DNA from: Eledone cirrhosa
Taxonomy: Eukaryota
DNA length: 64,000 bases
Direction of reading: 5' to 3'
Assembly: GCA_964016885.1 (NCBI GenBank)
Contig: OZ024743.1
Span: 295,244,001-295,308,000, forward strand
In this document: positions 38,570 through 51,399 of the stretch, piece after piece
How the letters are laid out: every line of letters starts with the position of its first letter
Position numbering within the stretch: position 1 is the first letter of the stretch
Program-made: the position numbers and the translations under genes
The notes under the pieces: model-generated
The model's database searches: none
Told to the model about the DNA's origin: nothing
Seen by the model: the letters and a program-made list of their open reading frames with translations, nothing else

Positions 38570-38720
38570 ATGCAATATAGAGTTATGGCCCTTTACATTA
38601 TGAGTTCAAATCCCGCTGAGATTAGCTTTGCCTTTTATCCTTACTGGGTCGATAAACAAAGCACCAATAAAGTACTGGGCCTTGTGCTGGCCTTGTGCTG
38701 AAAGTAGAAACATTATTGTT
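38570..38720 (+). mobile_element. OK/Nin-type SINE, 5'-truncated
   Basis: GAGTTCAAATCCCGCTGAG...GCTGGCCTTGTGCTGAAAGTAGAAAC. Confidence 0.75.
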
Positions 38721-40199
38721 ATTATACACATGCACATACATATACATTTATATACATTATATATATGTATAAACACGCACATATATATATGTGTGTGTAT
38801 GGGTGCACGCATGTGTGTGGTCGTGTTCGGGTGATGTGTGTGGATGTGAGTGTAAATGAATTTACGTTAAATATATACATGTAGTAACTTCCTATAAATT
38901 GGATTAGTAGTAAAGCTAGCACTTAGAAGAGACAGCTGTAAAGCAGGAAATTACAGCAATTTGGCAAGTCGGAAGTGCTAATTAGAATGTTTATTAATGT
39001 CTCTTGCTAAATTACAACATTAAGTCTTTGGGATGTAATTCTGTAGTATTCCATTACCGACTAAACTTTATATTATCATAAGGTAAGTAACGTTCAAATG
39101 CTTTTGTATGAATGTCTTTTTATAAGTTCATTATCAACGCTGCAGCATTTTATAACAGATTTCCAAGCATTTAAATGAAGTGCATATCACCTTGAGTTTA
39201 TACACATTTTCGAGATTTTGTCCTACAGTTGGCCATATCATTGTGAATATCGAGAAATTGATGATGACCAGCGACAATTTACTTTCGACTTGTGAACTCA
39301 AAATATTGATTACTGTCGAGAGATGCGTCGAAATCGTGACGTCATGGTTAACTAATTATATACCTCGCGGTACGGATGACTACATCAGGTAAATATCAGT
39401 TTGCGCCACGCACGCCCACCTTTCTCTCTCTCTCTCACTTTACGTATGCACCAATACATACGTACATATACACATATAAATAAATATAATTTATTTTGAA
39501 TTGTTAATTTTTAATTGTTATTTGTTAATTGTAATCTTTACGTATTCAATTTTTCGTTTTATTATTGAATTTTTATTTCTAACACCTCAACATTAATTCA
39601 TCTATTTTCATATTTATTCACTTATGTAATTTCTTTATTAATATAAGATTTTGCGGTAAGTGAAGCGACCTGGGTTGTGCTGCCAGACATTAGTGGGAGT
39701 GGCGGCGTTGTACACGCCCCCATCGGAATTATAATTCAATGGTGTTGGTAACTGCTAGCAAGAATCCAGCAGTGAAGTAATACATCTTAGGTTGAATTGA
39801 ACAATGTGACCGTAATGTCTCACAAATTGTGGAGAGTGAGGGGTTTTGATGTATCAGATAGGTTCGTCCCAATGGTTGTAAACAAATTTCAGAGGGTCGG
39901 AGAGATGTGTGTAGTCAAACCATCCCCTCACTTCCATTCCTGCGTGTTCACGGGGGGAATGGACCTCGGTAATGAAAATATCAAATTGGTCATTTCCATT
40001 GTTTTGAGCTCGTAATATCTTTACAACATAACCTTATTACTTAAGATGATGTCTGATGATGTCCCTTTATTGGTTGGATATTCAAATCATCATGTAACCA
40101 TCATCGATTTGTAATATGTATCACAGCTGGTTATGAATAAAAGGATTATGAAAATTTACATATGACCTTTGCAATTATTATCATTTTACATATATTCTG

Positions 40200-40570
40200 T
40201 CATGGATCAACACGGTTTCTGGCTCTATTGTCCTGAATGTCATCAGAATCCAACCTGCTTGAGTTGTGCATATTAACGTCAGTTTGGTGATGGATGTGTT
40301 CGTGTAACGATGCATCATTGTTCATGCCAATACCCATGTCCCGTATTGATTTTGACACGGGTACTTCGATTCCTCCTGGTTCAGTGAGCGTTTGCTGTGG
40401 TGGTTCTATGTTTGTGGTTTGATAGCGAATGGCTTGAAACTTACATGTATTAAATTGCATCTTGTTCTTTTCAGGTCATCAGTCTGTGGCATGTAAATCT
40501 TACAAGAGAGTAGCATCAACTGGTGTCTTGATCTCTTGTGCTACTTTCGTGTCATCACCATATGGGTGAA
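40200..40570 (-). mobile_element. CR1/L2-group LINE RT fragment
   Basis: YGDDTKV, NKMQFNTCKFQAI, IRDMGI. Confidence 0.7.
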
Positions 40571-40638
40571 GACAGGAAAATGAATGAATACAGATAGTTC
40601 CATCCCATCAGTCGACCACTAGAGATACTTATTTCCGT

Positions 40639-40639
<1 letters not shown>

Positions 40640-40727
<88 letters not shown>

Positions 40728-40840
40728 ATATATATATATATATATATATACATACATATACGTGTGTGTGTGTCTGTGTGTGCACATATATGCACTTATA
40801 TATATATATACATATATCTGTGTGTGTAAATAAATGTACT
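40640..40840. repeat. (CT)n(TA)n(TG)n microsatellite
   Basis: Seen directly. Confidence 0.95.
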
Positions 40841-41049
40841 CTGCCGATGTACAACACATAAATATGTATTGTATATACATGTCATGCACATGCTTCCGTT
40901 TGTACGATGTACGTATCAGCTCGGAGTTTATAGTAATATATTAAGCAAATAGTTGAAAACATCAAATGATATACGCATAGGGTGACACACACATATATAC
41001 GTGTGTGTGAATGTATGTATGTATGTATGTATATATATATGTATGTATG

Positions 41050-41828
41050 TTCTTATGGTTTTATAATGTTATAAATGTATACCAATAGAGAGAGTGTCGG
41101 TTTCTAACATAGATACAAGACCCTCTCATTGGAATTTAAACAACATCAACCAGGTAGATATGTATGCATATCTGCATGCATGCATGTGTGTGCAGGTATG
41201 GATGTTAATGTATGTGTGGATGTTTTGAGTTATATGTGTGCATGTGCATATGCTTTGTTACTCTATATGTGTATATGCAATTATTAGCTGCAGAATTTTG
41301 GGAATGTTTTACATATTCTTACTGTTCCATTAATTAATTTTTCTTGCTCAGTAGATTGGCTCCTACGTTTGAAGTTGTGTAAATGTTGTCGGATGGGATG
41401 TGATGCAACATTCAAATGCTGTCTGCATTGATGTTAGGCTTTTGCTTTCCTGCTTACGTTTCAAGTAAAGGCTGTCTTTGTCACTGTTGATGTGGAAGTT
41501 TGCGATGTCGTTTAGGAGTTTCGATTTTTGACATCAATTGCTCGGATTTCGTCTATCGTCCAATCGAGTATTCCAAACGTTGGTGTTAGGACAGACACAG
41601 TAAACATATAGTGAGCCACTGCTTTACTGTGCGCAGAGAGTTCCGATGACCATATTTATCTTAATCGGATGTAATAATCCCTGGCTATGCGTTCCTTATT
41701 ACAAATAACATTATAGGTGGGAATATATCCTATAATATAGGATATATTCTCGTTTATCCCCAGTTATCTGTAGCAGTCCTCGTCAGATATCGGTGAAACA
41801 ATTAGGCCATTGATGAAAATGTTGTTAG
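41050..41828 (-). mobile_element. Internally deleted copy of the R4/Dong family seen at 57-61 kb
   Basis: Revcomp of about 59425-59830 joined to about 60760-61060 (e.g. CCTAACACCAACGTTTGGAATACTC; TCTATGTTAGAAACCGAC). Confidence 0.85.
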
Positions 41829-42217
41829 ATGTATGTATGTATGCATGTATCAATGTGTGTATGTATGCATGTATATATGTATGTATGTAGTTATCTGCAT
41901 CTATGTATGTATGTATACATCTATGTATGTATGCATGCATGTATATATGTATGCATGCATCTATGTATGCACGTATGTATGCATGTATGTATGGATGTAA
42001 CTATGTATGTATGCCTGTATGTATGCATGCATGCATGTATGTATGGATGCATGGATGTATGTACATATGCATGTACATATGCATGTATGCATGTATGTAT
42101 GTATGCATGCATAGATGTATGTATGTATGTATGCATGCATATATGTATGCATGGATGCATGTATGTACGTATATATGCATGTATGTATGCATGTATGTAT
42201 GGATGTATGTATGTATG
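41829..42217. repeat. Degenerate (TATG/CATG)n tetranucleotide array
   Basis: Seen directly. Confidence 0.95.
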
Positions 42218-42792
42218 CCAGTAGAACCTGTCTCATGGTCGGGTCGTTGGCGACTAAACTGCCAACCCCACCAAGGTTTCTTGGTGAGGAGGGTGACTTT
42301 GGACATCCTGCAGGACTAAAAACAAAACCTGTCAAAGGGCAAAGGAGCTCTTAAGAGTCAATGGCCATCCAAAATCACCGGGAGAGATGACCCCTTAGCC
42401 TTTGTCAAGGCAGAATTCTAGGAGAAGGAAAACTCTGATATAACACCTGCAACCCTGATGGTATCCAGTGATGTTGACGTGTTCTTCTTTTTGGTAAATA
42501 TCATCTTGGTTAAGAGAGTGGGACTGGCTTTGTGCAGTGCCTTTGCTCACTATAAAAGCTTCACCGCACAGGCATTGCTTTATATCTGGAGATCTCTCTG
42601 CACGTGTCATCACATGGTACCATGGGCCCAGCACTATGTGTCAATAATTGTCACAGGTGTAGTGTTTGTACCAGAGTTTTCAAGTCGCTGGCTGGACTAA
42701 AAAGTCACACCTGTTCAGCGCATCGGTAGGGGTTCTCCTACATGGATATAAAGTAGTGGCCGTACTCGAAAACGAGTTGGCAGCCACCATGT
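42218..42792 (+). mobile_element. RTE-derived bipartite non-autonomous element (second subtype)
   Basis: 5' part matches 638-790 and about 910-1137; 3' part encodes CSVCTRVFKSLAGLKSH and ends TGGCCGTACTCGAAAACGAGTTGGCAGCCACCATG. Confidence 0.7.
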
Positions 42793-42929
42793 AGTTATCT
42801 ATGTATGTGTTTATTTGTGTTTGTGTGTCCGTGCATCATATTTGAGTGGTTTTCCCTGCATTGGGTAAGCAACTGGATAGCGGTTGCTGTTTTGATGGTG
42901 TTATAATTTTTGGCTTTCGCATGCGAAGT

Positions 42930-42963
<34 letters not shown>

Positions 42964-43175
42964 GACGACGACGATGATGATATTATTAGAAATGGTCTTG
43001 CTGGAGCAAATGGTGGTATGGGTGAAGGTGATGGTGGTGGTGATGAAGACGATGGTGCTGGTCGTTGGTGGTGGTGGTGGTGGTGTTAGTGATGGTGCCG
43101 TTGATGATAATGATTTTGATATTGATTATGTTGTTGACGATGCTGATCACGATGCTAATGATGATGATGACAATA
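42930..43175. repeat. (GAT)n/(GGT)n degenerate trinucleotide tract
   Basis: Seen directly. Confidence 0.9.
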
Positions 43176-44559
43176 GTTATACACTTTGTTAAATTTTCAT
43201 TTTTTTTCGTCTATATATTTCCTTGCTGTTTTTTGTTTTGTTTTGTTTTCAATTCAAATCAATATCTTTTCTTTTTATATTGCCTTTTTTCTTCTTTTTG
43301 ACAAAAAAGTACAATTTGAGTCAAATGTTTTTAAAGAAAAGTGAACTTTGGAAATAATTTTCCCAGACCGATAATAAATTTAACATAGCCGACGTTTTAT
43401 CAATCAATATAATGTGATAGACTTTAAATAATAGAATTCGAACAAACATTGACAAAAAAATCAACAACAACACATTATACTTCTATAAAAACAACAATAT
43501 CAGCAACAGCAAATAGAACCATCATACGAAGCCAGGATAGAAAAAAAAATTCCATAAACAAAAGAAATAGAAAAAATTAACAAAAAAAAAAATGTTTGAT
43601 CGGAAGTTACATGAAGAAGAAATAATGAAAATTCTAAACCACACAAACAACAACAACAACAACAACAACAGCAACAACAGCCATAACAACCACAAAAATA
43701 TAAAGAAGTAGACGAAGATCAAGAACAACAATAACAATAACAACACTAGAAAATAATCCCTGAAAATTGATATTTTTATTCAACAAAGTACTTTTCATTT
43801 GCATTTATTTTAAATTATATTTATTTACCATTTTATATATGTATTTATATGTTTATTTACTTATTTATGTTTTGTAAAAAAAAAATACAAGTTTTAGCAT
43901 TGTATAAATATATTCTTTGTTAGATATTCTTTGATTGGAATGTTCGCTGGCTTTAAATTCACAATTATTCCATTGTTTCCTTTATTTATAATATTGTTTG
44001 TTAGTTATTTATTGTCATTGTTGTTGTTGTCGTTGTTGTTGCGGTTGTTGTTGCGGTTATTGTTTTTGTCGTTGTAGTTGTTGTTTATGTCACACAGAAA
44101 CTATACTTACGTGATCTGCATGGAGCAAGTATTGACTTATTGACAAAAAAATAATCTTCCCAAAATCAAAGTGATTTGCAAATAACAAGATCGAAATACT
44201 AATTCTCAAAACGCCAAGATTCTACACCGTGCGATATTTTATTAGTTTCTTCATCTTTATCGCTTTCATTTTCTTTTTCATTATCCATCTCTGAATTATT
44301 TTTTTCTTCCAACCAACGCTTAATCATAAATGTACAGATTAGTATTCTGGCTACATACTCCGTATATAAATAAAAGTTCAGAAAAAATCTACTAGCGTCT
44401 TGTCCATTTACACAGCTGGTCCTCTCTCTATATGTTCCAGTCATAACACAGTTTCGAGTATTTTCAGCAATTATACAAATTGGGGAAGATAATTTCATCT
44501 GTACACTCGGGAAGAATAATCAATATATAAGTGCCTAAAACCGATTAAAGTTGCTTATT

Positions 44560-44833
44560 ATATTTTCAATTTACAGGGAAATTCGTATTTTCTGGCATGT
44601 TAACACGCCTTCAAATTAGATATATGTATATATTTATACACATTGGTGCAATCTCAGTTACGCACCCTGTATGTGTAGCGATATAACATTATCATACAAT
44701 TCAGCTGCTAGCGCACTTCTCACTATATATTTTAATTAATTAACAACACAAACGCTTATCATATGCAAATTAGTATGTCCATTTCAGAATAAAACTAAGA
44801 GCGAATAGGTATATACCCATCAGATACATGTTT
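44560..44833 (-). repeat. Dispersed copy of the ~355-bp unit at 4340-5380
   Basis: AAATTCGTATTTTCTGGCAT, CTCAGTTACGCACCCTGTA and CCATTTCAGAATA are revcomp matches. Confidence 0.6.
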
Positions 44834-45000
44834 ATATATATATATATATATATATATGGTGGACTCTCCCATCGTTTTCGACAAATGAAGACCCTAAATA
44901 TAAAACTTTTTACTCTACATTTAATATTTATGTCTCCTGTGAGACGCCCGCATACCACACATCATACTTCACATACAAACTGCATCCTTTTAAACTTGCA

Positions 45001-45193
45001 TTGTGGATAGGCAGTATCGGTAGAGAGTCGGATACCATGCTTGGACGCAAAGAGTTACGGCCCTTGCCATTCTGAGTTCAAATCCCGCCAAGGTTAACTT
45101 TGTCTTTCATCCTTACGGAGTCGATAAAATAAAGTACCAGTAATGCACTGGGATAATTGCTGGCCTTGTGCAAAAAGTAGAAACAATTATATT
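45001..45193 (+). mobile_element. OK/Nin-type SINE
   Basis: Full match to 3202-3397. Confidence 0.85.
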
Positions 45194-47424
45194 ATTTAGG
45201 TGCCAAAACCTTGTGCCAATATGATGCTTGATGCCATTTTAATAGATTTCCCCCAATAGTATGGTTAGCAGCACATTCTTCAAATGTTGTTATTCGTTTG
45301 ACATTATGTTTGATATTATCTTTTATCTTTTATTTATATCTAAAAGGAAGTCTTCCTGGATTTCGCACCGCCACCTGAAGTAGGCCTTCATGCTTTGTAT
45401 GTCTATTGTTTGTATATCACATTTATGAAAAAACTGTAAATCTGAGACTTTGTCGTTCTATGGGAAACCACGGATATATAAAACATCGATTGTGAAAAGT
45501 ATCTAGCTGTGTAAGTATTTTTACCCAATGTCTGCTGCCGATTGGGTAACAGCGACAAAAGACAGGTATAGAATACTATTCAAAGTTCTTAGTTGATAAT
45601 GTGCACAATGTGTGAGTCACTAGGCCCTGGATGTTTAGCATAACATCTATGAGCAATTGTGCTGCACGTCTGCTCTACTGGGTGGCAATGCAGGTCTGTT
45701 GAGACAATCCACGGGATTTCCTTAGATGGGAGGGAAAGATAAAGTGGGGCTAAAAGAAATTTGCATGCTCATAAAATCTTGTCATCTTTCTGTGGTTGAC
45801 TAGCTATCCACTTTACTCTCAAAACACTAACAAAAATGAAAACACGAAGGCCTACTAAATTTTAGTTCTTGGAAACTCCGAAGCTTTCAGGAGAGCGCAG
45901 TCTCATTTGAAATGAAAAAAAGGGCTTGAGCCAAAGTTCTTGAATGTTTAAAGCATAGACATAATATCATTCAGTGTAACTAGAGTTCTTGATTATGGAT
46001 AGCTTGAAGAGATGGTGAAATGTTATACACCTTTTTCGCCAGACAAATATGAATATGCAATACAATCTTCAGGAGATGGATTTGCTATTAGATAGTGTAT
46101 AAAAGAAGAAAGATCTGATATTGAACTGGCAAACAGTAATGAATAATCCCTGAGAAGATTTCAAGAATGATTGAAAAAGTTACATCAACTAAACCAAGCA
46201 CCAATTGAGAATCTACGCGATCTCTTCTCATGCTAGATATATGAGCTGATTCTAGTTCAAATCACACCCGGTCTTTTTAATTAAATAAGGATACATTAGA
46301 TAATATACACGCTGGTATAGGAAAAGATTGAATAGTAATGGCTGGAATACATTTAACAGATCAATATCTATGTGGATTCTGTAACAATACCAGCAACCAC
46401 TAATAGTCAGTTATTCAAGTTAAAAATGCAACTCTTTCAATCAAGTATCGTTCAAGTCAAACCCCGTTTTATTACAGAAATAGAAAGTTGGCATTATGTA
46501 AATCGTGACACACGTTTGAAACATGACAAAATGATCAGGGCTGGAATGTTTTTCATCATAGGCCGCCGCGTTCACAACTGACCCTTGACTAAACAATAAC
46601 AAAACCTCCATTTAAACATCAGAACCTTCTGGTTTACATTAGAAATGAATTCCCTTTAAATCAACATCAATACAGATAATCTTCAGTAATGAAATAAATT
46701 AAGAAGATAAAAACATAGATGTCACAATATTGAATAGAAACGGTTGCAATGCTGAAATATTTTGAAACCTTGGTTATGGAAGATAATATTGAAATATCGG
46801 AGAAGTGTAAAATGGTAAAAAATTGCAAAAATACCTAAGGTTGTAAAATTTTGTTTTGTAGATAGAAGATACTGACATATTGTATATAGAGAAAATATTT
46901 ATGACAATAACAATAGGAAAAGGGCGAAAAAAACATGTAATGCTACATGAGTGAAAATGACATTAATACGAAAGGTTTAAAACACAAGAATAATAATAGA
47001 AAGCAAAGTAAATATATCAATAGAAAATAAGCAATAAAATAATGACATAACTTAAGACATAAACTACCGACAAAGGATGGGATAAATAACAGAACGAAGT
47101 AACAAAAAATATTATGTTCCATAAAATTGGAAATGAAAGAAAGAGAGCGATGAAACATGACAGTCTGTCGGTAATGAAAACACGAAGAAACAAGGATTAT
47201 ACATTGCGATATCATTCAACAAAACAACATTTAGACAAAACAAAGAGAATATGACAATGCTCAATAGATCAAATCCATCATCTAATATGTCATTCTAACC
47301 AAAGTTTCAACTTCACAGCAGAACACAATAAATATGCAATCAATGTAAAAACGCAGTTAGCTATGTAATATGCTGCACACCAACTCTCCTTGCAAACACA
47401 ATCCCTATATTACATTAAATAAAC

Positions 47425-47437
47425 ATACACACACTCA

Positions 47438-47510
<73 letters not shown>

Positions 47511-47570
47511 GCACACACACACACATATATATATATATATACATTTATATATATATATATATATATATGT
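47425..47570. repeat. (CA)n(TA)n microsatellite
   Basis: Seen directly. Confidence 0.95.
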
Positions 47571-47873
47571 AGATAAATCTGCCAAAATAAACGGTAGTGT
47601 CCAATCCGTATGAAGAACTCAATGTAATCAAAAGATATCATGAAAAGAGAAAATGCATTCAAAATATAACGATAACAATCATAGGGAAAACAGAGTCAAG
47701 ATATATATATATATATATATATACAGTATTTTCCGTTGTGTTGTAATATAAATATTACACACAGTAGATTATCAGCTCACGTAGAGTTTGCTCGACGGTT
47801 CCAGTTGTAGTTCCAAAAGTAATCCGGAGAAAAATAGAAAGATTTGAATGGATACAGTTTAGTTGAAAGGAAT

Positions 47874-47993
47874 TTATTGACACGTGTTTCTATAACAGTT
47901 ACATAACCTAAAACAGCTGCTATCTACACACTTTTAGTTATGCAGACATTCAATATTTCAATGTTATTATTTACTGTCATTTCATCAGAATAA
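47874..47993 (-). ncRNA. Type-I hammerhead ribozyme with extended stem II (inverted pLTR copy)
   Basis: Revcomp of 50539-50658 with two substitutions, both outside the core. Confidence 0.75.
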
Positions 47994-49839
47994 TATTACT
48001 GAGGACCAATTTAGTTTTTATAGAGAATATTAGGAGGGAGGGGTGAAGTTGTTAGAAGAATAGTTGAAGGAGTGGTTTTTCGATAGCAGTGGTTTTTAGC
48101 TAGGAGGAGAACATCGTCGCGGTATATTCCGCCGTGGAGATTGCTGAATTTTTCCTGGAGTCTAAAGGCGATAAATAACCCCACAATATCAGTTATTTCA
48201 GCCGAATCGTTAGAGCCCATTGTTATGTCAAAGTTAGAGGGTCTATCTTTACGTACCCAATAACTGTTCTCAAATTTGACTATAGTTTTCCTAGCTTCTA
48301 ATATAATTTTAATTTCATCGTTTGTAAGGTCAGAGTTATCCTTAGCAAACTTAATGGCTCTATTCAAAGTTTTAGCTAAAAACCTTAATAACCAAAAACT
48401 AGAAAAACTACGCAAAGATATAAGAAAACTACTACTCGAAATAGGACTAACTATAACATATGAATACAACCTTAAAGTAGTTAACTTCCTGGATGTCACA
48501 CTCAATTTAAACTCTGGTTTGATTAAACCGTTTCATAAATTGAATGAAAATCTCAAATACGTAAATGTTGGGTCTAACCACCCCATCTCTATAATTAAAT
48601 CTATCCCTAAAAATATTTCCCTTAGAATCTCGGGTCTATCTTCTAACATACAAGTATTTAAGGAACACGCCGAGTACTACGATAACGCCCTTAGTAAAGC
48701 AGGCTACCTCAACAAAATAGAGTACATAGATGGGAACAATCAAAACACCCAAAATAAATCCCACATAAGTAGATATAATAACACAACACCAAACCACACT
48801 TACTACCATAGTATGCACACCAGTAAACCAACAAACAAAACTAATAGAAAGCGATGCAAAGAGTACTTATGGTATAACCCCGAATACAATAGTTCCATTA
48901 GTACAAATTTACCAGTACTCTTCTTTAAAATAATTAAAAGACATTTTCCTACATCACACAAATACCACAAAATCCTAAACCCTACCACTATAAGACTGTC
49001 ATACTCTACAGCGTTAAACCTTGAACAACACATAAAAAAGATCAATACTAGAAGGTTAAACGAAAACACTAAAAACTTAAGTACAAAGAACACAAAAAAA
49101 CAGTAGACAATACACTACAGAACATAAATAAACCACACCTAAGTTCGTCCGCAATACTACTCCAGAGAAAACCCAACGTACACAACTGTAACTGCACCTA
49201 TCCTGACAACTGCCCCCTCGGCAATAACTGCCTGGAAAAAAATATTATTTATAAGTGTACCATTAAATCCGGAGGCAACGAGTGGTATTACGTGGGATCA
49301 ACGGCAACATCGTTTAAATCTCGATTGTATAGGCATTCTTACTAAATAAAACACCAGAGCCAAAGAAATGTAACAACTTTAGCAGAAAAAGCTTGGACGC
49401 TAAAATTTCTCCCATTTTAGGGTAAACTTTTGATCGATAGCGATCAAAAGTTTACCCTAAAATGGGAGAAATTAGCTAAAACCCAAAGCTTTTCCAGGAG
49501 CCAAAATTTCTGCAAATTGTGTAATCTTGAGATTTATTACATAATCACACACAAGAAGAAACTGCTGAATAACAGAATTGAACGAACATTATTCTGCCGT
49601 CACAGAACTAAAACCCTTTTTTCCCACTACAAGCCGAATATTACATAAAAGAGGGACATCCCCCAACTATATAAACCTTAATCTAGTTAGAAAAATATAA
49701 AAACAATCTCTTCTCAACATATATTAATAACCTTAAATTACCACACTAATAATGGAAAGTTATGCTGATGAGAATAGGTGCAAATATGCGATAATGAATG
49801 TGTCTAAAAACGTCCATAAGTATGAATATATATGTGAAA

Positions 49840-49914
49840 ATGTATATAAATAAGTAAATATATATATATGTTTGATGTGTATAGTTAGATGTAAGTGTAT
49901 TCATGTATTAAAGT

Positions 49915-49982
<68 letters not shown>

Positions 49983-50240
49983 ATATGTGTATATAGATGT
50001 GTATGTATGTGTATGTGTGTACACATGGACTAGAGTATGTATGTATATATGTGTGTGTCTATACGTGTGTATATAAAGATAAGTTGAGTATGAAAATGTA
50101 TACATATGAGCGCGTATGTATGTACATGAATACATGTGTGTATATATATGTGTATGCATGTGTATATATATGTAAGTATGAATATGTGAATTGTGAGTAT
50201 ATGTATTTTGTAGAGGTGTGCAAATATATTTGTGTGTGAA
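49840..50240. repeat. (TA)n/(TG)n-rich tract inside the PLE 3' region
   Basis: Seen directly. Confidence 0.9.
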
Positions 50241-50538
50241 TGCGTGGGTGAAAGGATACGTACACTTGAAAGAAAAATTTAAGTCTGAATGTTAATTAAG
50301 TGCAAACACAAAACCAACCACGCATATCTTTACTATCTCTAATCCTTCTATAGATTTAGAAAAATAACCAATAATATATTCTATAAAAAATGTCAAAACA
50401 ACAGATGGGAATCTAATTACTCACTGCCACCAAGAATTCTCACTGCTATCGAAAAACCACTCCTTCAACTATTCTTCTAACAACTTCACCCCTCCCTCCT
50501 AATATTCTCTATAAAAACTAAATAGGTCCTCAGTAATA

Positions 50539-50658
50539 TTATTCTGATGAAATGACAGTAAATAATAACATTGAAATATTGAATGTCTGCATAACTAAAA
50601 GTTTGTAGATAGCAGGTGTTTTAGGTTATGTAACTGTTATAGAAACACGTGTCAATAA
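50539..50658 (+). ncRNA. Type-I hammerhead ribozyme with 91-nt branched stem II
   Basis: TTATT-CTGATGA-[A ATGACAGT...ACTGTTAT A]-GAAA-CACGTG-TC-AATAA; stem I TTATT/AATAA, palindromic ACACGTGT stem III, GUC triplet. Confidence 0.78.
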
Positions 50659-50690
50659 ATTCCTTTCAACTAAACTGTATCCATTCAAAT

Positions 50691-50693
<3 letters not shown>

Positions 50694-50782
<89 letters not shown>
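50694..50782. repeat. (TA)n microsatellite
   Basis: Seen directly. Confidence 0.97.
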
Positions 50783-50785
<3 letters not shown>

Positions 50786-51331
50786 AAGACTATATAGATA
50801 TGTAACAAGAAAACTTTCTTGTCGCAGACTTATAAGATTGTATTCATCTAAATACTCTCACTGACGAAAGTGGCAACGATACTGTGGCAGGTAAATGGAC
50901 AGTAGATATCAATGCCTAGTCTACAAAAGAGGATGGATTCAACAAGAAATAATGACCATCCCTCTAACCTATGAATGAATCAGGTCATGTATAGGCATTG
51001 AATCGAGTATTGCTGACTTTCATGGCAACACCAGCACCCGGTCCTCTTTCTCATATATAATGAACTTTCTTTTGTCTGATACAAGGATCTAGCTAAGAGA
51101 TGCCTTTTAGTAATTGTGAAGACAACCAAACATGATTTAAATCAGACCGGGTTAAAACTGTTATAATCTTCACTTTGTTTTGTTGGAAACGACAGGTGCC
51201 GTTTTACGGTAAAACAACATTCCGGAGCATTGCGTCCACATCATTTCAAGTGTTTCATATTTACCATATGACTGATCCAGAAACATTTGGGAAACTGTCC
51301 CAATACGTTGCTAAATACGCATGAGGCTGCC

Positions 51332-51332
<1 letters not shown>

Positions 51333-51362
<30 letters not shown>

Positions 51363-51368
51363 CTTCTT

Positions 51369-51399
<31 letters not shown>

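Larger units (their letters stand above)
47724..50693 (+). mobile_element. Naiad/Chlamys-like Penelope-like element: 5'-truncated, inverted 5' pLTR (47724-48092), inverted RT piece (about 48091-48368), RT thumb plus GIY-YIG (48372-49648), 3' pLTR to 50693
   Basis: NFDITMGSNDSAEITDIVGLF, IYRDD, VNFLDVTLNL, SNHP, WYNP, CNC...CPLGNNCL, IIYK...YVGST...FKSR, CKLCNLE, LLNNRIE, CRH; 47838-48092 is the revcomp of 50441-50693; (TA)n on both sides. Confidence 0.9.

Noticed and set aside
39337-39344. CRE motif TGACGTCA in a CpG-richer patch (also near 11008 and 51810)
   Set aside because: Isolated 8-mers with no supporting gene or promoter evidence
40054-40100. CTGATGA followed by a TGTCC/GGATA stem
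   Set aside because: No GAAA core or stem I; not called a hammerhead
45200-45750. Possible minus-strand LINE 5' end/APE start
   Set aside because: Too degraded to support by eye
49765-49800. Second CTGATGA in the PLE 3' region
   Set aside because: No matching stem II, GAAA or cleavage triplet
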